This document shows, one piece after another, positions 37,990-52,687 of a stretch of DNA of 64,000 nucleotides (position 1 is its first letter; each line of letters opens with the position of its first letter). The notes beneath the pieces are model-generated. The model did not search any database, was not told where the DNA came from, and saw nothing but the letters and a program-made list of their open reading frames with translations. The stretch is from Felis catus (taxonomy: Eukaryota), in NCBI RefSeq assembly GCF_018350175.1, contig NC_058368.1, positions 150,848,001 to 150,912,000 of the forward strand, read 5' to 3'. Made by a program: the position numbers and the translations under genes.

Positions 37990-40196
37990 AGGAAAGGCAT
38001 TTAAAGGAAATGAAGTTGAGTTGACTCTTTGAAGAACGATTAGGATGAATTCTGCAGACAGATAAGGAAAGAAAAGGGCTTTCCAGGTAAATGGAATAGA
38101 ATGGTGGAGACATAAATGTGATACATTTAGGGAACTGCAGGGAATTCTATGTTGCTGGCATCTAGGACTGGTCTTATCCCCAAGATTTTTTATGGCTGAG
38201 GCTATAGAGCCCGCATCACAGCTCAACTTTACCCTCTACCCAATCCTAATTCCTTTCTTTTCCTTCCATAGAAATTGATATGAAGCAGAATCTGCATCCC
38301 AGAATCCAATCTGTAGCAGAGGATGAGTCAAGTGTATAGAAGCAATTAAACTTAGAGGTCAATTAGACATGGAGCTGAGGGAAATGAAGGAATCTCAGAG
38401 AACAAGAGTTCAAGTTGGTGCTAGGTGGAATACGGTAAAGCCAACTCACGTGGATTACATCCAAATATGATAAGCAATGGGTTCTGCTCAAAGATCTTTT
38501 GAGACAGTTCTGTAAAAATTATTCATTATACATTTGGCTAGCAGGGCATATGTGAGAACAGGGCTAGAGAGAAAAACAGTAGTGTACATAAAACACAAGT
38601 AGTAGCTATAGGTGCAGATGATGAGAAGAATATGTAGAATAAGGTAAGAAAATGAAGGGAGACAGATTTCTAAACAAGTCTTAAATTTCAGCTGTGATCT
38701 CAATTCCCAAGTAACTATGTAATGATGGCTGTTCACCTTTTTCTTGATGATAGTCTTTTCTTATTTGATGTGACCATCTTTACTAGAATGTAAATTCGTT
38801 AAAGAAAGGAACTGATTTTGTTCATCTTGTTAGCCCAAAATAGCTTAAATGAAATGGGGGCTAATATTGAATGGATATGGTACAAATATCAAAATGGAGC
38901 AAGACCCAACTGGAAGTTGGAGTCTTCAATGCTCTCTGGGCTGAAGTTGGGGTGCTTTGAAGAGTTCCAGGCCTGCGCAACAGCCATTTCACTGCTTAAC
39001 CTGTTTTAGCATTTCTTTTATCAAAATATCAGGTAACGGTAGAATTTTGTGTCAAATTTCTGCTTAATGTCCAATGACTGCCTTTATTTTGTGCTGACTC
39101 TTTAGAAAGTCTTCTTTTCATTTTGTATGTGTCTTCCAGTTCAAAGTCATCAGCATACAGTAATCCCAAATGACTCTCTCAACAACTTTTAAGGATTCTC
39201 ACAGTCAGAAGAACCTCTCAGAGGATCAGAAGCACAGCTAATACCAGCTTACAGATTCCTTATTACATCCTTACACATGAATAAAACAAGCTAGACCTAT
39301 TATATAGCTGTTTTCTCTCCATTAGTGACTGGGAACTGATCTAAAAAAAAAAAATACATAAGCCCAACACTCTACCTTATGTAACATCCGCCTGGCAGCT
39401 GAATTAGTCAAGTTATAGCAACTATACCACACTCTTGCCTAAAACACCCTTGTAATTTCCAGGACTACACACTAGGCAAAATTAGAATGTAGTCATTCCA
39501 CAGTATCCCTGACAAGTACTGGGCCAGAGCAATTCAATGTCTAGACTAGTTGTTTCAGTCAGGAGATTAACTGGCTTATCTCAACCCCAAGGGCAACCTT
39601 TGGCTCACATCCAGGAAGTCGGCAGTTTTCAGGTTAGCCCCTGACTGATCAAGCCATCAGCTGCTTGCCTAATCCCAGCATCATAGAACTACAGAACGAG
39701 ACTTTTTTTCCACACAATTTGGGGTCTGAGCTGGTTATTTCTTTAAGGTTTAGTATGTCATCTTAAGAATTTTTTCCCCAACTAAATACTGTCTGGGAAT
39801 TTCGTAAAAATGGTGTGCTCTCTGGTGATACCAAAATAATTCTTTACTTAGAAAGAAAATTAGACACATGTAAGGTTAAAATGTTATAATTAATATAAAT
39901 GTTAATAATATTAACAATACTATTGTGCTAGTACTAATTTTATATTAAAATAATTGATATAAATATTAATAGACAATAATTTATATATAATATCTTCTGG
40001 AAATTACCTTAGGAACACTGCTTACAAAAAAATTAATGGATTCTAAAAAAACAAAATACACTCCTATATCTTTATTATTGGCAGTGATTATTAAAATACT
40101 GTGATTATTAAAAATACTGAGCCCTCTCAGTTTGGGGGACCAGTATGAGGCAGTGGGATGAGGGTGAAAAGTAGAGTTTAAATTCAGACTCACTTG

Positions 40197-40356
40197 CGGG
40201 CTCCTGAGTGGCTCAATTGGTTAAGCATATGACTCTTGATTTCTGCTCAGGTCAGGATCTCATGGTTTGTGAGATGGAGCCCCACTTTGGGTTCTGCACC
40301 GATAGCCAGAGTCTGCTTGAGATTCTCTCTCTGCTCCTCTCCCCGGTTCCTAAGCT

Positions 40357-40401
<45 letters not shown>

Positions 40402-40423
40402 AAACAAACAAACAAATTTAAAA
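40197..40423 (+). mobile_element. Can-SINE
   Basis: TSD aaattcagactca(c/g)ttg at 40180-40196 and 40424-40440. Confidence 0.93.
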
Positions 40424-40894
40424 AAATTCAGACTCAGTTGAACTTGAGCAAACCACTGATCCATCCTCTTCTGGGCTTTAGTTTTCTCCTTAAGAAAGGT
40501 GATAGAGTCAATGGGGGTTGTCCCAGAGATGAGCCCTGAGCTCCTGCCCTCCAGTTTTAAAACATTCTATTGTCTTAGGGGAGTGGGAGCAGAACACCGC
40601 CTAGGGCAGAGGGAGCTAAAGAGTGTGTCAGAGAAAATGTGAGTAAAGGAAGACTAAGATGGACACACTTGATAATGTTATTGTTGTGGGTGTTAAAAAT
40701 CAAAATTTCCAGAAAAAAATTAAAATTCTTTCTTTTACTTCTTTACTCTTATTTCCATTGTGCCAAACATCTGCATGTTTGTAAACATCAAGAGACTCTT
40801 TTTAAACATGCATTTAACTTGAGTGTTTGTGTTCTCTAAACAAGCTATTAAATCAAAAGATCAGTGCTGAATAAAACTGTTACTATGATTATTA

Positions 40895-41145
40895 ATTACA
40901 GTTAATATGTTTGACCCCTTACTGTTTATGAGGTATTGTGCTAACAGCTTATTTACTTTGTTTAATACATTAGTTCATTAAAGTTAACTGTGTGATAGAT
41001 ATTATTTATATCCCTATTTTGTAGGAAGAAAAAAGAATCTGGAATTTAGAGAGTCTAAACAGCTTACCTAAAATCACTAAGTAGCAAATGTGAAATTGTA
41101 TCCCAAGTCTGTCCAGCTCCAAAATATAGGATTTTAACCATGGTA
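40895..41145 (-). mobile_element. MIR
   Basis: attatttatatccctattttgtaggaagaa...tttagagagtctaaacagcttacctaaaatcac...cccaagtctgtccagctccaaa. Confidence 0.65.
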
Positions 41146-42796
41146 TTTAACATTACTGATATTCAATATTACTAAATTCAAAAATTTATGAAATTATATA
41201 CAATGGTTCTTTTTTAAAACAGAATGAAACCTATAAAACACTCATCAAATTATAATGCTACTTTATGGGACCTTTATTGAGACTAGGTAAGGGGCTTTAT
41301 GGACTCAAAAACTGGAAACTGACTACAGCAATTAGTTGTACAGAATAAAAGCCAGGCTTGAAAGTCCTTCTTTGCATTGAATTTCAAATGTTCCACTTTG
41401 AATGAAACAGATGTTGAACTTTAGATTAGTTCAATCTGCATTAGATTTATCCTGTGCACACAGTAAGATAGTACTAACATGGGCACTTACGCTACTTTCT
41501 CTTTAGGGACACCTTTCCCCAGACCAGCTTCATCTGCAATTTAAAAGAGGTCTTTTCAAAGAAACAGAGGATTTTACTTAAAAGCACGAGAATTAGTCTA
41601 GTGGGTCTGAACCATGGTCCATCCAATACTCTGTCTCTTCTAGGAGCATAAAGGAGCATGTCATGTGATAGTGGTCTTCTATCATGTGAAACTCAAAAGG
41701 TTAGGGATACACCCGGAGACTTCTTGATATTTTTCTGATATCCATGAATTTAGATTAACCTTTCTTGAAGCCTATATTTTAGGTTTTCATGCTATAAAAT
41801 TTCCATGTACATACTACTTTTGAGTAAACTAACATAGGAAACATCTTGGATCTGTGGATTGCAGATTCTCTAACATGAGTTCAACTGACTCACATTGTCC
41901 AGTGAAGTCTTGTCAAATCTACCCCAGGTTCTTCATAGATTCAGGTGTTTACTGAACTCCTATTCTCTGTTAAAAGGGAAGTTAGCAAGTGGTAGGCATT
42001 AAAGACAGATGAACACCAAACTGAGACTTTCTTCTTGACATAAGAAGGATAAAGTAGGAATGTAAAAAGGATTAGCTTTGGAAGTCAGCAGCTAATGGAA
42101 GTATTTCATGTAGGGTGCAGTGCCCCTCCAAATGACTGAACATAGTGTGGAGGAGTACATCAACAGGATGGTGTGCCCCTAAATTCCCAAAGAAATCGAT
42201 CTATATATCCAAGTACGTTAAATCATGTATGCTAATTGGAAAATACAAATTACAATTCTGTTTGTTCTCTGAGCATAAAATAGAGACATTCATATAGAAG
42301 TAGAAAATGAGAACACACTGCTATGTCCAAAACCTTGGACACTTGCTCAAAATGTTTTAGTCAAACTACAATCAGGAAACAATGTACATAGGTTTTACCT
42401 TTATCAGATTCAAGCTTTAAGAATTTCTACCTGTTTCTCACATGTTTGGATTTAGTGTACAATCTATATTCACTCTATATCCTTTATGATTTCATGAGCT
42501 TCAGCCATCTAACCCCTTAGCCTTTGCCTCTCCAGTCTATAAAAACACTATTTTAGTCTCTCCTCAATTCTTTGTTCTTTTCATTATAAAAAGTAACCTA
42601 AATAGGAAATCGGATCATTTAAAATTTTTCATGTTGAATAAATTTTCTTAGTAGGTTCTAACTAATGTTGAGAATATGAAGAAGTCCTGATTGAACTGAG
42701 TTCCTTCCTCTCAACCTACAAATCAGTAAGAGCTATTGCATTGGTTCCTCCCAAATAAATCAACTGAGTTTTTAAAATTCCTTCTAGAACTTTCTG

Positions 42797-42820
42797 CGAT
42801 TTTCCTCCTTGAGAAAGAGC

Positions 42821-42867
<47 letters not shown>

Positions 42868-43034
42868 CATATGTGAGCAGGAGCAGGGCAGAGAGAGAGA
42901 GGGAGAGAATCTCAAGCAGGCTCTCTGCCCAGTGCAGAGCCTGATGTGGGGCTCACTCTCATGACTGAGATCATGACCTGAGCTGAAATCAAGAAGAGTC
43001 AGAGTCTCAACCAACTGAGCCACCCAGGCACCCC
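42797..43034 (-). mobile_element. Can-SINE
   Basis: TSD agaactttctg at 42786-42796 and 43035-43045. Confidence 0.94.
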
Positions 43035-43501
43035 AGAACTTTCTGTTTTAGACCCTATCTCACCTCTATGCTTACCATCTGGGGCTTGAAGCAAATACCA
43101 AAAGCAGTCCAATGGATAATAAAGTTTCCAAAAATGCATGATGATATTGTGGTGGAGGCTGTGAATTTTCACTTGTGTAGGCACACAGCTCTAGGGGTCA
43201 TTTTTGGATGGATATCTCAATGCTTGAGCAAGAATATTCCCAGACTATTCTCCAGAATGCAACATCACCTTCCCAACTATATCCACCTAACTTTTCTGCA
43301 TTCCTCTTCTATAAACCTCCTCAAATACACCATTTTCCATTAAGATTTAATTATTTTAAGTATATATTCTTCTTTTGCTAGTCCAGTTATATAATATAAC
43401 CCACTATAAAATTATAAATATAGTATTTAAATGTGTTCAGTTATTTATAATAAATTTGTTATATTTTGTTCATGTTAACCTTTTAATTGTTAATTTCTTG
43501 A

Positions 43502-43880
43502 TGTGGCAGAGACTGGCTGACTGTTCCTTAAATACATATCACGTTCTTTTTGGGCAGGCAGTCGGACTCCATTCCTGATCTCACCTTGCAGTTAGATGCG
43601 ACCATGTAGATGGAGTTCTGGCCAGGGAAATATAAATGCCCTTCCAGATAAGACCCATGGAAACCTTTCAAGTACCTTCTTCTCTGTTTTTCCATTATGT
43701 CATATTTATACAAATGAGCATGACATCCTCAGAAGTCATGACTTGAAGATGGAAGAGCCCAAGAGATGAAACGAAACCAGGTCCCTGAGTTACCTAGCCT
43801 ATCAACAGGAAAACCTATTTTTTATTTACATACATTAGAAATAAATGTCTATTATGTATGAACAATTATACATTTAGAGT
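43502..43880 (+). mobile_element. Old MaLR LTR (MLT1-like)
   Basis: tgtggcagagactggct...ccttgcagttagatgcgaccatgt...gagttctggcca...gaagatggaagagcc...ggtccctgagt. Confidence 0.7.
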
Positions 43881-43950
43881 ACATTATATATTTTATATGC
43901 ATTATAGGTTGTCTTTTGGCATGATTAAAGTTTTGTTCAGCTTCTAAGTA

Positions 43951-44163
43951 AGTTTTTTAATTTTTTTTAAATTTAGTTTTGAGAGAGAGAGAAAAAGCAT
44001 GAGTGGGGGAGGGGCAGAGAGGGAAGGAGACAGAATATGAAGCAGGCTCCAAGCTCTAAGCTTTCAGCATAGAGCCCATTGTGGGGCTTGAACCCATGAG
44101 CTGTGAGATCATGACCTGAGCCAAAGTTGGATGCTTAACTGACTGAGTCACCCAGGTGCCCCC
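43951..44163 (-). mobile_element. Can-SINE
   Basis: Full body; TSD ttct(a/g)agtaa. Confidence 0.93.
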
Positions 44164-44214
44164 GGTTTCTGAGTAAATATTTCATTAAAATAAGTATTAT
44201 GATAAAATAATATA

Positions 44215-44455
44215 ATTAGCATTTATTATGATCTCCTGGCAGTCATTGGCAATGGCCTACCAGTGATTCTGCTAGGCACGTCACAAAGCCTAGCATGTTT
44301 AATTCCCACAGTACCCTTTTAATTAGACATAACCAGTGTGTTCTCCAGGATTAGCAAACCAAGGATCAACAGAGCTAAGTTACCCCAAGTTACCAAATGG
44401 CAGAGCTGAGATCCCCACATGTCTATCTGGCTCTCAGCCTGTATTCTTCCCAGTA
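44215..44455 (-). mobile_element. MIR
   Basis: agagctaagttaccccaagttacc...aaatggcagagctgagatccccacatgtctatctggctc. Confidence 0.55.
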
Positions 44456-47400
44456 CGGCATGATCTTTTTCCCCAAGTTCTTTTCTTCCTTCTTTACTTA
44501 AGGCCCCAAATTATGCCATATCCTTAAAGTGAAAAGATGCTATCAAACATCACTTGAGTCATAATAAAAAAGAGAAAAAGCAAATTAATAAAATATTTTT
44601 AAATGTATTTTTATATCTGTGCTTGATTTTCCACTGTTCAGCACAACAATTTGAGGAAAACCACAATAACCAATTCCAGGATGGGAGTCCTCAGAATGAT
44701 AGTAATTCACTGACATGTCTATTAAAAAATTATTGACAATCCAAAAAATATATAACACTATCCTAGAAAAGAATAAAAGATGGATTAGAGCACTGATTGT
44801 TAACACAACATCTACCATGAAATTGCTAAAAATAAATAAAAATAACTGCTAAGGTAACACTTCTATTTTTAGGACATATTGGAGCATCACAAAACCTCTT
44901 CTGGTCTCCACAAGGATTCTCTTGAGTTTCTCTTTAAAGGGTAGCATTTCTGCTGGGTAGCAAAAATCAGTTTGAAGTGTGATTTTTAACTTTTGTTACA
45001 GCTTTGTTGCAACGAGTAGTCAAAACAATTATTTTTAGTGATCTGGAATAATAATTTCGCTTGTAGAAGGAATCTAACTCTGTTTTGATTTGAAAGTCTT
45101 TCCACTCCCTCTCTCAATTCTCCAGGAGTGCATATGTACCTACTTTACCCACCCAGAGCTCTTTGTGGCTTAGGAAACAATGCTAAAATCCCAACTCCTT
45201 TTTTTTCAAGGATTAGTTTTTGAAGAACAGTCTTCCTGTAACTACTTGTCTTTTTTCCCCCTCAATTCTCACTAATAGAAATAATCACAGCAGAAAGGGC
45301 CCAAATTTTCTACTGTATGCCACTTGCCTTCTCTTACTCATAATAAACATTCTGTTGGGGCATCTAAAATCTTGCAACTCTTATCTTGAAAATTACATGA
45401 AAATGAAAAATCTTAATCAGCAGCAGCAAGTAGGGGTTGCTAAAAGTACTGAAATATAAGTACTAAGATATTTGGCCACTGCAGACCACCTTGCAGATAA
45501 CACAGTATTTCTTGGCCAGGGGTTATCTATATTTTAGGATGGCATTCCCTATTTTGTAAGAAACTGATAAATCTTAAAGGTGTCCTCTTAAAGTTTTAAA
45601 GAGGATATAGTCAATCTTTTTGGCACTTCTTTTACAAATTGCATAATGGTTTAAAAAGTAATTCTACACCTACAAATGGGTATTCTTTAAGAAATGAAAA
45701 ACCCACTCTCATTTACAAATGTTATCCTCCTTAAATACATGGACAAAATATGCAGTTTTCCTAGTTAATTTATTGAAGGTGGTTCTGCAAAAATAGTAAT
45801 ATTCATTGCCCAATCAGGATAGTTTCATTACTCTTTCAGAAAAGTAAAATATCTTACCAAAGTTACTGGGCATGAAAAATCTTACAAAGGGTTAGTGGGT
45901 ATTAAGTTGATCTGGACAACATCATCACTACACGTGAAATTCTTTCTAGATGTTCATGTCTCTTAAACTCACCTCTCAGTATTGCCACTGTATTTCTGAC
46001 TCCTTCTTTGTGGGTGTGTGACAAGAAAGCTTGTCTAAATTTATTCTGATAGTTATGGCTGTTTCTTTGGGGAGCACCTATAATACAAAAGAATGAGAGT
46101 CCAAGAATAGAAAACTCTACACTCCAGACGGTAGTGTTGTGGTTTGCCTCCACAACATTGATTCCCCTTTCCTTCTACATCCACTTATTTGGATATTCTC
46201 TCCTCCCCTCCTCTGGTTCCACATCGCCTACAAGGGGCTTGAATGCTCTGATCCTGTGACTGGAGCCTATGGCCCGGGTGCAGTCAAGGATTTCCCTAAC
46301 CACAATGCTGATTCAGTAATGGACATCTGAATTAAGCCAGTCCTGTCAGAGCAAAGGCTAAGAGTTCTGAAAGAAAATAGGGTACAGACTGGTTATGAAT
46401 ACAGCTGAAGAGGTAAAAGCCAAGGAAAGAGAAATAGGATCTTAATGAGATCTTTTGATCCTTATATCCAGTTGTACATGCAGCCAGAGTACTTCTGGAA
46501 TTTTGTGTCATGTGACTCAGGCTGTATGTGACTAAGGCAGGTTTTCCATCCCATCACATGCTACTTAAATGATCTTAACTGACTTCCTTCCATAGCCTTT
46601 ATTTCCTTAGTATTTTTAAGTGACAGCAGAGGAAAAATCTAGATGGCCTCCCTCTATCCAGTGCAAATGAGCAGAACAACAACAATAATAAATTTAGTAG
46701 ATTTTCCACAATAGCTAAGATGACTTCTGCCCCTCCTTCATGCTAGCAATTATGTGGTTGGTAGCTTACCATTGGTTAAAGCCGCTTTCCACCAAAGCAT
46801 GCTGGGTAGGGGACATGGAGAACATTCTCAAGACATTAGTCATTCAGGTTGACAATTAATATGGTTTAAAATGTAGTGTTACTGATTCCATGTGTGCTGA
46901 AAATGTTAGTACTTCCACCTTCAAACTACTACTTTTAATTTGGGTATAAGACATTAAAACAAAAATAAAAACAAATACAACAAAAAATGTGACACAGACA
47001 AAAGAGATAATCACTCAGTTTATGTATAAAAATGTGGTTAAATTCAGTGTGATATACTATTTGTAAAAAAAATTGAAAGTATGTCATTTTTTTCAAATTT
47101 TTGATTAAAAGTTATTTTCCTCTTTGAAAATGAAAATTGGTTTTATGTTCCTCTACTTGTCAAAGCCATTTAAGTAGATCAGGTTAGAGGTCCTAATTAC
47201 AAGTTGTTGGCAGCCTGTGTTTATTCTGAGATACAGTCTGACAGGTATACTGTTTGTTTGTTTTAATTTAAAGATAATTTACTACCCATAAAAGGTAAAA
47301 GATTAATGGTCCTAGAAATTGAAATCAGTTCCCTATTCACCAACTAGAGAGAGTCTAATCTAAGGAAGTCTATGTTTCCAAGCCAATTTGTGTCACAGGT

Positions 47401-48196
47401 GAAAATGTATTTTATATCCACAATAATTCAATCTTTGAGCTTTTCTCTTGATATTGCCCACAAGGGTGCTAATTGCATTGGTGACTTTTGTCATACACAC
47501 ATTAAGAATTATTCTGAGTTCTCAACATCATTTTGTATAATATGACAGCGGACAGATAGCAATGACTTTTCATCAATACTGCCAATACTACCATTTTTAA
47601 ATCAGAACACTCTATCACCCATTAGCAATTCCATAATCACCATTTCTTCTATCTTCCAACACAAAACTATCATTGTTTTACATTTGACTCTAAAGAAGCA
47701 TTTCACCTATGCATGGATTGGTGCCTTCAATTGAGTCTTCCCATATAGAGATATTTATATAGACACTGTTGAGCAATTTAGAAAAGTCTCCAAATTGCAT
47801 TGGTACTATTATTGCATTGGTACTACAGACTTCAAATGCCAAAATATTTTAATGGTTTTACATATATAACCTCCATAAGTAATCATTGCTGTGAGACATT
47901 CAATGTTTTAACTGAAAAAACAAAACTATAAAAGGTAAGAAGGCAGACACCTCAATAAGAAACAAATGTGCAAAGAACATGAACAGGTAATTCACAAAAG
48001 AAGACATACAAAGGTTTTATAAGCATATGAACAAGTAGTTAATATCATTAATAATAAATGGAATACTTTACCATTTAGTGTTAGGAAAATAACAGTGACA
48101 AATCATTTTTCACCTATCAGATTACCAAAGATTGAAAAAAGCAATGATACCTGGCACTAGCACTAATATAGTACAGATTAAAATGTAGAATGGCAA

Positions 48197-48403
48197 GGGG
48201 TGCCTGGGTGGCTCAGTTGGTTGAGCGTCTGACTTTGGCTCAGGTCATGATCTCGCAGTTTGTGAGTTCAAGCCCTGCGTCAGGCTCTGTCAGCACAGAG
48301 CCTGGAGCCTGCTTCTGATTCTGTGTCTCCCTCTCTCTCTGCCCCTCCCCTGCTCATGCTCTATCTCTCTCTGTGTCAAAAATAAGTAAACATTAATTTT
48401 TTT
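48197..48403 (+). mobile_element. Can-SINE
   Basis: TSD aatgtagaatg(g/t)caa. Confidence 0.94.
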
Positions 48404-48524
48404 AATGTAGAATGTCAAAATCATTCTGTAGGAAAATTTGACAGTCTTTATGAAAATTACTTTTTTAAGTATTTTTCATTTTTAGGAATTTATTCAAAGA
48501 AAACAATTAAAAATGGCACAAAAA

Positions 48525-48698
48525 TGTGCACCTAGGTGGCTCAGTCAGTTCAGCATCTGACTCCTGATTTTGGCTCAAGTCATGATCTCATGGTCATAAG
48601 ATCAAGCTCCACATTGGGCTCCATGTTGAGTGTGGAAACTGCTTTGGATTCTCTCTCTCTGCCCTTCCCCCCTACCACCCAAAATAAACAATTTTTTA
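48525..48698 (+). mobile_element. Can-SINE (older)
   Basis: gcacctaggtggctcagtcagttcagcatctgactcctgattttggctcaagtcatgatctc. Confidence 0.88.
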
Positions 48699-49395
48699 AA
48701 TGCAAAGATATGTGAACAAAAATGTTCATGACTACTTTAAGCCATATGCCACAAAGGAACCTGCACTCTGTGTGTGTGTGTGTGTTTTCTCACCTTTGCA
48801 TCTTCAGTGCCAATATAGTGTCTGGCATACCAGAGGGATTCAGTATTTATTTAATTAACCTAATTAATGATTTACATTGTCAAGAAATCTTACTCCATCT
48901 AAATATTCAGCATTAAGACATTGGGCAAAATAAATTATGATACAGTTTTACTATTGAATATTATACACCTTTAGAAAATAATGTTGGTCAATTTTCATTG
49001 ACATGGGATGACTAAATTATCAACTTAAAAAATAATATGGTTTAATTTTATAAAAATACATTTTAAAATATTTCTATATACATAGAACATATTCTACACT
49101 ATAATATTGAGAGTGATATGCATGACATATGAGATTCAACTCTTTTTTAATTAATTCACCTGTATTTTCAAAACTTTCTACAAAGACTATTATTAAAATC
49201 CTAGAGGAAGCTAGACATATTTTTATAAGATCGTGAGGGGAAATTTTTCTAAGAATAACAACAAAAGCAGAAACCTTAAGGAAAAAGATTAAAGTTATGT
49301 AACAATTGAAAGTCTTCTGTTTTATACCATAAACTATTATTTTAGTTTTGAGACTATTTGGAAAAGGAAGAGTCTTTAAAAAATAGGTCAACCAT

Positions 49396-49617
49396 GGGGC
49401 GCCTGGGTGGCGCAGTCGGTTAAGCGTCTGACTTCAGCCAGGTCACGATCTCACGGTCCGTGAGTTCGAGCCCCGCGTCGGGCTCTGGGCTGATGGCTCA
49501 GAGCCTGGAGCCTGTTTCTGATTCTGTGTCTCCCTCTCTCTCTGCCCCTCCCCCGTTCATGCTCTGTCTCTCTCTGTCCCAAAAAATAAATAAAAACGTT
49601 GAAAAAAAAATTAAAAA
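49396..49617 (+). mobile_element. Young feline-type Can-SINE
   Basis: TSD aaaaataggtcaaccat ending at 49395 and 49634. Confidence 0.96.
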
Positions 49618-52452
49618 AAAAATAGGTCAACCATATTTCAATAATAAATATTAAAAAGGGGGGACAGTCTCTGTCTTTTAGAGATACATACTTAAATAAT
49701 TGCAGATTAAATGATATAATGTTCTTCAACATAATCAGGAGTTGGGAAGAGGTAAAAAGAGGAACTGAGTGTAGGGAGGTAAAACAAGATTAGGCATGTA
49801 TTGATAATTGTGGAAGCTGGGGGATGCACAAATAGATTTATATATATGTTATCTCTACTTTTTGGGTAATGTTTTCAAGTTGACATCACATGGAAATTTT
49901 AATACAATAAACAAAATCGATAGAAAAACCATGAACTCTGAAAATACTTACAAAATTAATAAAAAGAAATTAAATGACTTCTTAGTATATAATGAACTCA
50001 TAGAAAAACTTAAAATATTAAATTGGCAAGTACATGAACAACTAACCAAAGGAAAAGAAGAAATGACAATGACCAGTAAACACAGGAAAATAATTGTGTG
50101 CTTATGCAATAAAATATTAGATATATCTAACAACCAAAGACATTTTATTTAAAATGGGGTAAAATTTCTTGACTGATAATGTTGTTTTAAAATGACAAAA
50201 ATCTATTTCCGACTTGACTAATGTGGCAATTTGAAATATTGTTGATGAGTGTAAGTTGTCACAAACTTTCTGGTAATACTTAAAATCTTAACATTTTGCT
50301 TATCCTTAGCCCAGCAATTTTATTGCTAGAAATATAAACTAAGAAAATAATCATAGATGTGCAGAGAAAAATTATCCAGGGAAATATGTCAAACTGATAT
50401 TTATAATAATAAAAGAGACATAAATAATCTAATGTATAAAAGTAGGGGCATTATATCACTATGGTGGACTTATCAGCAGACTTTTCTTCATCCTTTCCTT
50501 CATTCATTTATTCATTTCTTTTCAAAAATATTTAACCAAATGTCAGACACTGGTTAGGCACTGGGAGTACAATAATGAATAAAGACACATTTCATGCTTC
50601 ACATGATAGAAAAAAGCTGGGGGTGGGGAGTCATGGCCACTTGTGGTGGTAATCAAGGAAGCCTCACTCAGGAGGAGATGAAAAGGGGAGAAAGAAGAAT
50701 AAGAAGAAATCAACCATGCAATGATTCAAGGAAAGATGATTCTGATCATTCAAATAATTCCATAAGGAATATATAAAACATAGGAAGATGTTCATGTTAA
50801 ATTAATGGGAATAAGCAAGTTTCAAAATCACATGTAATATAGTGATAGGATCTATAAACATGTACATCACATATAATTGAAAGGTTAGATACCGCAGTAT
50901 CAATGGCCATTTTTAAGTGGAAAAAATTTGAGTGAGTTTTCTTTTCTTTTTATCACTGATTTACAAATTTTCTATAATAAGAAAATACCATTTCCTATAA
51001 TGTGTACTGCTTTTGTAATGAGAACACAATAACTGAAAAGAGAGTAATTAAGAATCTTTGCATTTATGAAATTATGGTTTTAAACACAGATACTCCACAG
51101 TTGAAGGTGTGCCAAGTATTGAAGCCACGGGATGTATGTTATACACCTTTCCTTAAATACTGAATATACTAGAATATCTGGAGAAATGATACAGTGATTC
51201 AGATAACTGACTATGTAAATTGCCAGGGAGCTCACACTAAGATAGACACATTACTTGGGTGGTATCTATTAAAAATATTGGACAAGACTCATTTATTGAG
51301 CACACATTATATTGCCAAGGCACTTTGCTTACTAGAGATCAACAGAAAGTACAAGCAGGGCTTCTATGTTCATTAAATTTATATTCCAATATTTATCATC
51401 AAAGGATGATATAGTTATTAAATTTTTAGTCAATTTTATTAACATTCACTCAGCAAATATTTATGGAGTGCCTACTATGTCAGATAACGTTCTAGGTAAT
51501 GGGGATACAGCAGTGAACAAATACTCCATATTTACTACAAGTTAGACAAGTCCGAAATAAGGGGAAAAATAACTTAAACATAATTAATAGAACTAGTATC
51601 TACCTGAATTTTAAAACATGAACTGTTCATAAAGGTGCAATATGTAAGAAGATGATTTCCACATGTGTCTCTATATATTAAACCTTAGCTAAACATAAGT
51701 GAAAGTATTTCCATCTTACTGGTTTCCAAAATAATAGTGTTGACTAGCATAGGATAAGAGGATAGTAATGTTCTTTTTCACAAAAAAGACACCGGAAACA
51801 CATTCAAGTTGAAATGTTAAAAGAAAACAAAAATCAACTGCTGCATGTTTTTCTTATTGTGATTCCCTGGGTAAGCCTCATTCTCCTGAGGGCTGCCAGA
51901 GAATACAACTAATAAAGCTAAGTGACTTGCAGAATGTTGAAAATGCTAGATGGTGATTGACTAGAGGAGCCATGATGTATAATTTATCCAAGTGGCAAGC
52001 AGCTTGAGTAAGCTCTAATGTAATTTTGAGCTTAATTATTTGGAAAAAAAGGTAAATGGTACATGAATGAAATCCATAAACGATACAAACCTGGGAGTTA
52101 TAAATGCCAATGAGAAGAGGAAATAGTGCAGAGGTGTAGGGAAGTACATGTATTAGGAGGCAACAGCCCAGAGAAGCTCCATGTGGAAATAGGCAGGAGA
52201 CATGGAAGACTAATGTTGTCTACTAGGCCTGTCAACTGGAAAACTATTTGTAAAGGTTTGCAGACCACATACTCACTCTTACACATGTTACTACACTGTG
52301 TATAGTTTAAGGGCCAAGGTTTGTAATCTTCTGATATGGTTCCTTTTTAGAGTGTAGAGATGATTGGATTTCAATAGTGCAACAGAAAACACATATTACA
52401 GTACAACCCGGGAACAGAGGTAAATGGGGAGTCAATTAAACAGGATTGGAGA

Positions 52453-52571
52453 GGGGCATCTGGGTGGTTCAGTCAGATGTCCAACTCTTGATTTTGGCTC
52501 TGGTCATGATCTCATGGTGGTGGGATTGAGCTCTGTGTGGGGCTCCATGCTCAGCATAGAGCCTTCTTGGG

Positions 52572-52613
<42 letters not shown>

Positions 52614-52687
52614 CCTCCCCTGCTCTCTCATTCTCTCTCTCTCTCTCTCAAAATAAGTAAAATAAATAAAATAAACATTATTTAAAA
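52453..52687 (+). mobile_element. Can-SINE
   Basis: ggggcatctgggtggttcagtc head, long (CT)n tract, A-tail; TSD ttggaga. Confidence 0.92.

Larger units (their letters stand above)
47900..51020 (+). mobile_element. Patchwork of old L1M (L1ME-like) 3' fragments, interrupted by SINEs and L2 pieces
   Basis: Degenerate ORF2-end motifs (gcaaagaacatgaacaggtaattcacaaaagaagacatac; ccttagcccagcaattttattgctagaaatat). Boundaries approximate. Confidence 0.6.

Noticed and set aside
40083..40119. Short tandem duplications (gtgattattaaaatact x2; also attgcattggtacta x2 at ~47794-47825)
   Set aside because: Only two copies with no spacer array; ordinary slippage and not CRISPR-like.
44620..44740. Exon-like AQQFEENHNNQFQDGSPQND segment
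   Set aside because: Weak splice signals and no recognisable protein.
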